Origin: a virus
IMG/VR virus record: IMGVR_UViG_3300025874_000002
Reading direction: 5' to 3' (one strand)
Length of the DNA: 33,702 nucleotides
This document shows, in pieces, positions 30,125 through 33,702 of the stretch. The stretch's first letter is position 1. Each line of letters starts with the position of its first letter. Made by a program: the position numbers and the translations under genes. The notes under the pieces were generated by a model. The model was not told where the DNA came from. It ran no database searches and saw only the letters and a program-made list of their open reading frames with translations.

Positions 30125-30142
30125 ATATCCCCCTAAATAATT

Positions 30143-30156
30143 GGCCGATTATAGCA
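30143..30156 (-). promoter_or_regulatory. Extended -10 promoter, TGcTATAATCGGCC (late-class motif, copy c)
   Basis: Minus strand reads aaTGcTATAATcggccaatt. The -10 is 30153..30148, in the 33-bp gap upstream of 30124. Confidence 0.5.
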
Positions 30157-30157
30157 T

Positions 30158-30817
30158 TTATTGACGGCTTCTGGTTATTGTAAGGTCAATTGGCTTGGAC
30201 GCTGGCGCAAAAGATGTTGCGGCAGACCCATCAAGCCATAAATCGGTATCACTAACCGCAAACCTTGCCTGCATATAAGAGCCTGCAGTTACCTCAACTT
30301 GATCACTAACAGCCAAGACAATAAACTGATCGTTAGCATGCACCGTAACCCTTTCTGAGTGGTCCAGGTTTGTGCCATTAACAGCCATCCAATAATACGC
30401 TGTCTTCGTTGATCCGCTTGACGATTTAAGCTGCAGGTGTCCCGCAATAGAATACACCCCCGCTTCAGCAAACCTAATTTTTGTATTATCGCTGGGATCA
30501 ATGCTCAATCCACCATTAGCGCTTACCGACGTAAACGATATATTGTACGCAGTGTCTGCCGACGCCGCAGTAATGCTGCTGGTGGCTGAAAACTCACCAT
30601 AACCGTCAGCTAATACAATCTGCCTAAACTCACCATTCTTGGACACTACTGGGTAACCAGTTCGGTCCCACAATACGACGCCATCTTCTGCCGCCGTGTC
30701 ACCCGCTATGTAATAGGCCAGCTTGGTTTTAGTCCTGGCTAGAAAGCTAACAAGTCGCTCTCCCCAGGGCTTCCATTCTGGACCTAACGGGGGTGGCGGG
30801 TTCTCAGCCAGGCTCAT
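30158..30817 (-). CDS. Tail/receptor-binding candidate with a C1q/TNF-like C-terminal jelly-roll pattern, 219 aa
   Basis: EFSATSS...YNISFTSVSANGGLSID...IRFAEAGVYSIAGHLQL...YWMAVNGTNL...VEVTAGSYMQARF resembles the C1q-domain motif order. The domain call is by eye only. Confidence 0.45.
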   Translation of the reverse strand: MSLAENPPPPLGPEWKPWGERLVSFLARTKTKLAYYIAGDTAAEDGVVLWDRTGYPVVSKNGEFRQIVLADGYGEFSATSSITAASADTAYNISFTSVSANGGLSIDPSDNTKIRFAEAGVYSIAGHLQLKSSSGSTKTAYYWMAVNGTNLDHSERVTVHANDQFIVLAVSDQVEVTAGSYMQARFAVSDTDLWLDGSAATSFAPASKPIDLTITRSRQ

Positions 30818-32292
30818 CGCTTGCCGCCTGGGATTACATTAAGCCGCATCTTGCCTGCACGCCAATCTTTAAGCTCAGTTCCATTAATACGCATCCTGAC
30901 CTGGCGACCACTAAACCTGGCGCCTGTTGGGTTAGCAAGAGCAAACGGCCCGTGGCTAACTTCTGAGTCATTAGGATAGAACCTGGTCTTGAAGGTCAGG
31001 GTAACTTCGCCCTGGTTAAGCTCGTCTGGGATAATCTCATTTACTTTGGCGATCTGATCGCCCTGAGCAATCGATATAGGCCCACTCTCCAGGAAGGTCT
31101 CACTACCATTGTGCGAGTACCCGGTCTCGTGGTTTAGCACATTACCGGCGGTATCAAACATAATTGGGTTAGAGAATACACCAGCATCAACTGCAGAGCT
31201 GCGAGACAGCTCACCAATGTTCCAGTGGCCTTCCTTGTAGTCGAACACAACGTATCGGTCGTTCTCCAGAGAGTCGGCGCTGGGGTAGAACCACCACACC
31301 TCACCAAACTGCGAGTTGTTGACTGCAAACGCCTTGCTTTTCTGCGCGTGGTTTATGTCTTTAAAAACGTGATCTGAGACATCGCAGGGCATTTCCTGTA
31401 CGGAAGATCCGTTATAAGTAAAGAAGCTCTTAGAGCCCATCCAGAAGGCCCCTTCGTCTACCGCTACTGCAGCCATGCGAGATATGGTGCCGCAAGATGT
31501 GCCAACCCGCTCAAAGCCGTAAACAGTTGGCGGTCCATTGTATGTGGCGACGTGCGCGTCCAGGGAGGTCAGGATAAGTGTACGGCCTCTCACTCGGATG
31601 CCACACATAATCTCGCCAGAGGTCTGCAGCTCAAGGTCACCAGCCTGGTTAACCGCTGTGGGCGTCCAATCAGTGTTGTCTTCTCTGTCACACCACTTAA
31701 CAAGGCGCGGGTTATTGCCTGCACCTAGAGCAAAGATAAAGCGCTCCTCAGTAACGACAATAGCGCCATTGCCTACCGGGGCATTTGTAATTGCTGCAGC
31801 GGGGGTGCCGGTATTTAACTGCCACTCGTATATTTTGCCGTCCTTTGATGAACAGGCGATCAAATATTGGCCCCAGGTATCCATGGACCAGGATGTGGCC
31901 TCTTCTGGCACGCCGTCACTAGGACGTTCTGTGCTGTAGTAAGAGGTGCCATAGAACGAACCGCCGTAGCCAAGATTCTGGTCTGCGTTAAGGTCGCCAG
32001 TGGTAAAGCTGGTAGGGGTAATGTCAGAAACCGTGCCCACTTTATTAACGTGGTACAGCTTTTCATAAGTGCCTGCCGCGATGTGGGCGTCTGCACTGTT
32101 ATCAGTCCATGTAATAGCGCCTCTGGGGGCGTAAGTAAACGCACTGGCCTTACGGGTAGTCCAGCCGCCAACAGGCCGCACAGAGCCATTCTGCCACCTT
32201 ATGAGGTTAGCATCTCGCCACCGGCCTACAGAATCCAGGTCAGTACCATGCTTAAAGATACCTGCTGGAATGTCTACGCTAACATATGCCAT
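30814..32292 (-). CDS. Tail structural protein candidate, 492 aa
   Basis: Long beta-rich ORF with many W/G/T/N residues. ATGA coupling to the 219-aa gene. Function inferred from position. Confidence 0.5.
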   Translation of the reverse strand: MAYVSVDIPAGIFKHGTDLDSVGRWRDANLIRWQNGSVRPVGGWTTRKASAFTYAPRGAITWTDNSADAHIAAGTYEKLYHVNKVGTVSDITPTSFTTGDLNADQNLGYGGSFYGTSYYSTERPSDGVPEEATSWSMDTWGQYLIACSSKDGKIYEWQLNTGTPAAAITNAPVGNGAIVVTEERFIFALGAGNNPRLVKWCDREDNTDWTPTAVNQAGDLELQTSGEIMCGIRVRGRTLILTSLDAHVATYNGPPTVYGFERVGTSCGTISRMAAVAVDEGAFWMGSKSFFTYNGSSVQEMPCDVSDHVFKDINHAQKSKAFAVNNSQFGEVWWFYPSADSLENDRYVVFDYKEGHWNIGELSRSSAVDAGVFSNPIMFDTAGNVLNHETGYSHNGSETFLESGPISIAQGDQIAKVNEIIPDELNQGEVTLTFKTRFYPNDSEVSHGPFALANPTGARFSGRQVRMRINGTELKDWRAGKMRLNVIPGGKR

Positions 32293-32323
32293 TTATACTT
32301 CCTTTGCAGAGCGACGGAGGCGG

Positions 32324-32704
32324 CTACTTACCGCGCATCTCCATAATTTTTCCGGCACCGCGAATACCAAAACTGGAACTGATCGCGATGAATAATAAAT
32401 ACTGATACCACTCAGGCAGCTTGTCTAGCGCCTCAAATCCTTCAGCCACCCGGTCAATTACCGACACGTCATTGGCTGCTATTGCGTAGCCAACCATAAA
32501 CACTGGGATGGCTAACACAATGGTCCAAAACTCATCCTTCCAGGAGCTGCTAGAGGCATCTGCCATCTTGCTCTCCCAGTCAGCACTGTTCTGGATAACA
32601 TTCATCTTGGCGTCATGCTTGGCCTGCTTTTCCGCAGCTTTATTAGCCAGGTACGTCTTGCCAATATCTGCAACCGGGCCGATTAACGCCGTAAATATAC
32701 TCAC
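32324..32704 (-). CDS. Holin-like membrane protein resembling the GTA-type 3-TM holin family, 126 aa
   Basis: N-terminal ALIGPVADIG, a Lys/Ala helix, SSSWKDEFW, then hydrophobic spans (TIVLAIPVFMVGYAIAA; YQYLLFIAISSSFGI). GTG start in a GTGA overlap. Confidence 0.5.
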   Translation of the reverse strand: MSIFTALIGPVADIGKTYLANKAAEKQAKHDAKMNVIQNSADWESKMADASSSSWKDEFWTIVLAIPVFMVGYAIAANDVSVIDRVAEGFEALDKLPEWYQYLLFIAISSSFGIRGAGKIMEMRGK

Positions 32705-32886
32705 TGAATAAGCCTTTCAAGCAAAGGCGATGCAATGACCAGCGGGTAAAGAAACCACAGGCGCTTATCTATATCATCAAAGCGCTTGGTCCCAGCGTCC
32801 AGTTGCTTCTCAATGTTTTTGTATCGAGTCAAGCATTCACGTTCGTGAGCGTCTAGGCGCTGGATGGCTTCTTTAACCGTTGGCAT
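32701..32886 (-). CDS. Small protein with a hydrophobic C-terminus, 61 aa
   Basis: ATG start. The C-terminus RLWFLYPLVIASPLLERL is hydrophobic. Confidence 0.6.
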   Translation of the reverse strand: MPTVKEAIQRLDAHERECLTRYKNIEKQLDAGTKRFDDIDKRLWFLYPLVIASPLLERLIQ

Positions 32887-32892
32887 GTCTAA

Positions 32893-33108
32893 TTACTCTC
32901 CTGGCTCTTCTTTCTCCAGGTCAGCAACTAGCATGTTGATAAATGCGTCTTTGCCTACTGAAAGTTGATCAAGGTTAAACTGAGTGGACCTGATCTTTCT
33001 GTCTAGATCATTGCAGTGATTTACCATCACCTGCTGCTGCTCAGTCATGTCTTCAAAAATGTACTCTACTTCGTTTATCACTATGGGAGTTGTTTTTTTC
33101 TCGCCCAT
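32893..33108 (-). CDS. Hypothetical acidic protein, 71 aa
   Basis: AAAGGAG RBS, ATG start. Confidence 0.65.
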   Translation of the reverse strand: MGEKKTTPIVINEVEYIFEDMTEQQQVMVNHCNDLDRKIRSTQFNLDQLSVGKDAFINMLVADLEKEEPGE

Positions 33109-33124
33109 GTCGTGCTCCTTTCAG

Positions 33125-33286
33125 TTATTGTTTGGCTTTATTGCCAAGGAATGCGAACTGCTCCAAAATCTTGTAGGCTTTTGCAACAAATTCATCGTCT
33201 TTCGGTGTTTCAGTGTAATTGCACACTACGCTGGCTATTGTAACCAGTGACGTTGCAAGCACGTATAAATCGAGTAAATATTCCAC
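33125..33286 (-). CDS. Small membrane protein, 53 aa
   Basis: Hand-translated codon by codon: (GTG)EYLLDLYVLATSLVTIASVVCNYTETPKDDEFVAKAYKILEQFAFLGNKAKQ. TAGTG overlap with the upstream stop. One TM span. Confidence 0.5.
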   Translation of the reverse strand: MEYLLDLYVLATSLVTIASVVCNYTETPKDDEFVAKAYKILEQFAFLGNKAKQ

Positions 33287-33702
33287 TAGAATCCTCCGTT
33301 AATCATGTAGTAACTGCCGCCAAATATAGTTAGCACCGCGATTGTGACCAGCACATTCTTAACTGCGTCACCTACCTGACGTTGCTTCTTGAGTTTAGCC
33401 AGCCGTATCTTCTCCAGCTTGTGCTTGTGATCTAGCAAAGACTTGTTCTGGATCATCAGCATGTCACGCCAAACGTGCTTAGGCGTTATCTTCTTCAGCT
33501 CTTTCTCCTGCTCTCGTATGGCGTTCTTAGCCCATGCAAGCTCCAGAGCCTCTTCCTGTGTTAGTACATGATCGCCTGCTTTCGTAGCCTCTTCAATGCT
33601 CTCTACAGCTACCTTGCTGTCAGTGAGGCTAGTAAATAATCCCGACAGACCTGACAAGTGATCCCCAGACTCTTTAACGGTAGCAATGCCATCGTTAAGA
33701 GC
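33286..33702 (-). CDS. 3' part of the junction-spanning CDS (tail-anchored membrane protein). The 5' end lies at 166..1 after wrap-around.
   Basis: The frame stays open to the window edge. The listed M at 33657 is TTG. Coiled-coil-like centre and a C-terminal TM span (VLVTIAVLTIFGGSYYMI). Confidence 0.7.
   Translation of the reverse strand, partial: ALNDGIATVKESGDHLSGLSGLFTSLTDSKVAVESIEEATKAGDHVLTQEEALELAWAKNAIREQEKELKKITPKHVWRDMLMIQNKSLLDHKHKLEKIRLAKLKKQRQVGDAVKNVLVTIAVLTIFGGSYYMINGGF
33576..33702. repeat. Terminal direct repeat, copy 2 (identical to 1..127)
   Basis: Read directly; see the first feature. Confidence 0.95.

Noticed and set aside
33576-33702. The 127-bp repeat as a physical direct terminal repeat of the virion DNA
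   Set aside because: Not excluded, but a gene reads continuously across it and the length equals a common assembler k-mer. An assembly overlap of a circular or permuted genome is the simpler reading.

Overview
The window is one complete, circularly closed dsDNA tailed-phage genome of about 33,575 bp. Bases 1-127 recur exactly at 33576-33702, and a gene that runs off the 3' edge is completed in frame at the 5' edge. Coding is almost entirely on the minus strand, with dense stop/start overlaps (TAATG, ATGA, TGATG, GTGA, TTGA). The blocks below are read in the direction of transcription, which is descending coordinates.

(1) Early block, about 17539 down to about 8810. It is driven by sigma70-like promoters that share a conserved initiation box. 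It holds small unknown genes, an ERF / YqaJ-exonuclease / mini-protein-with-SSB-tail recombination module, and an XRE-type HTH. It also holds a free-standing HNH-AP2 homing endonuclease, a NinB-like protein, an HTH-metallophosphoesterase fusion, DUF3310 and an HNH/NinG-like nuclease.

(2) Late block, about 8700 down through the junction to 17561. It holds the small and large terminase, a 743-aa unknown protein, an adaptor-like protein and fibre genes (including a fibre with an S74 chaperone domain). Next come a membrane-protein/holin-like cluster, tail proteins and five low-complexity putative internal virion proteins. It ends with portal, scaffold, a DUF5309-type major capsid protein, three Lys-rich micro-proteins and an M15 endolysin, closed by a strong intrinsic terminator.

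I could not recognise any tRNA, CRISPR array, integrase, reverse transcriptase, DNA polymerase, primase or helicase. All family names come from motif recognition by eye; no database search or folding program was run. Several starts in the ORF track are GTG/TTG codons shown as M, and I re-set them where the sequence supports a better start.
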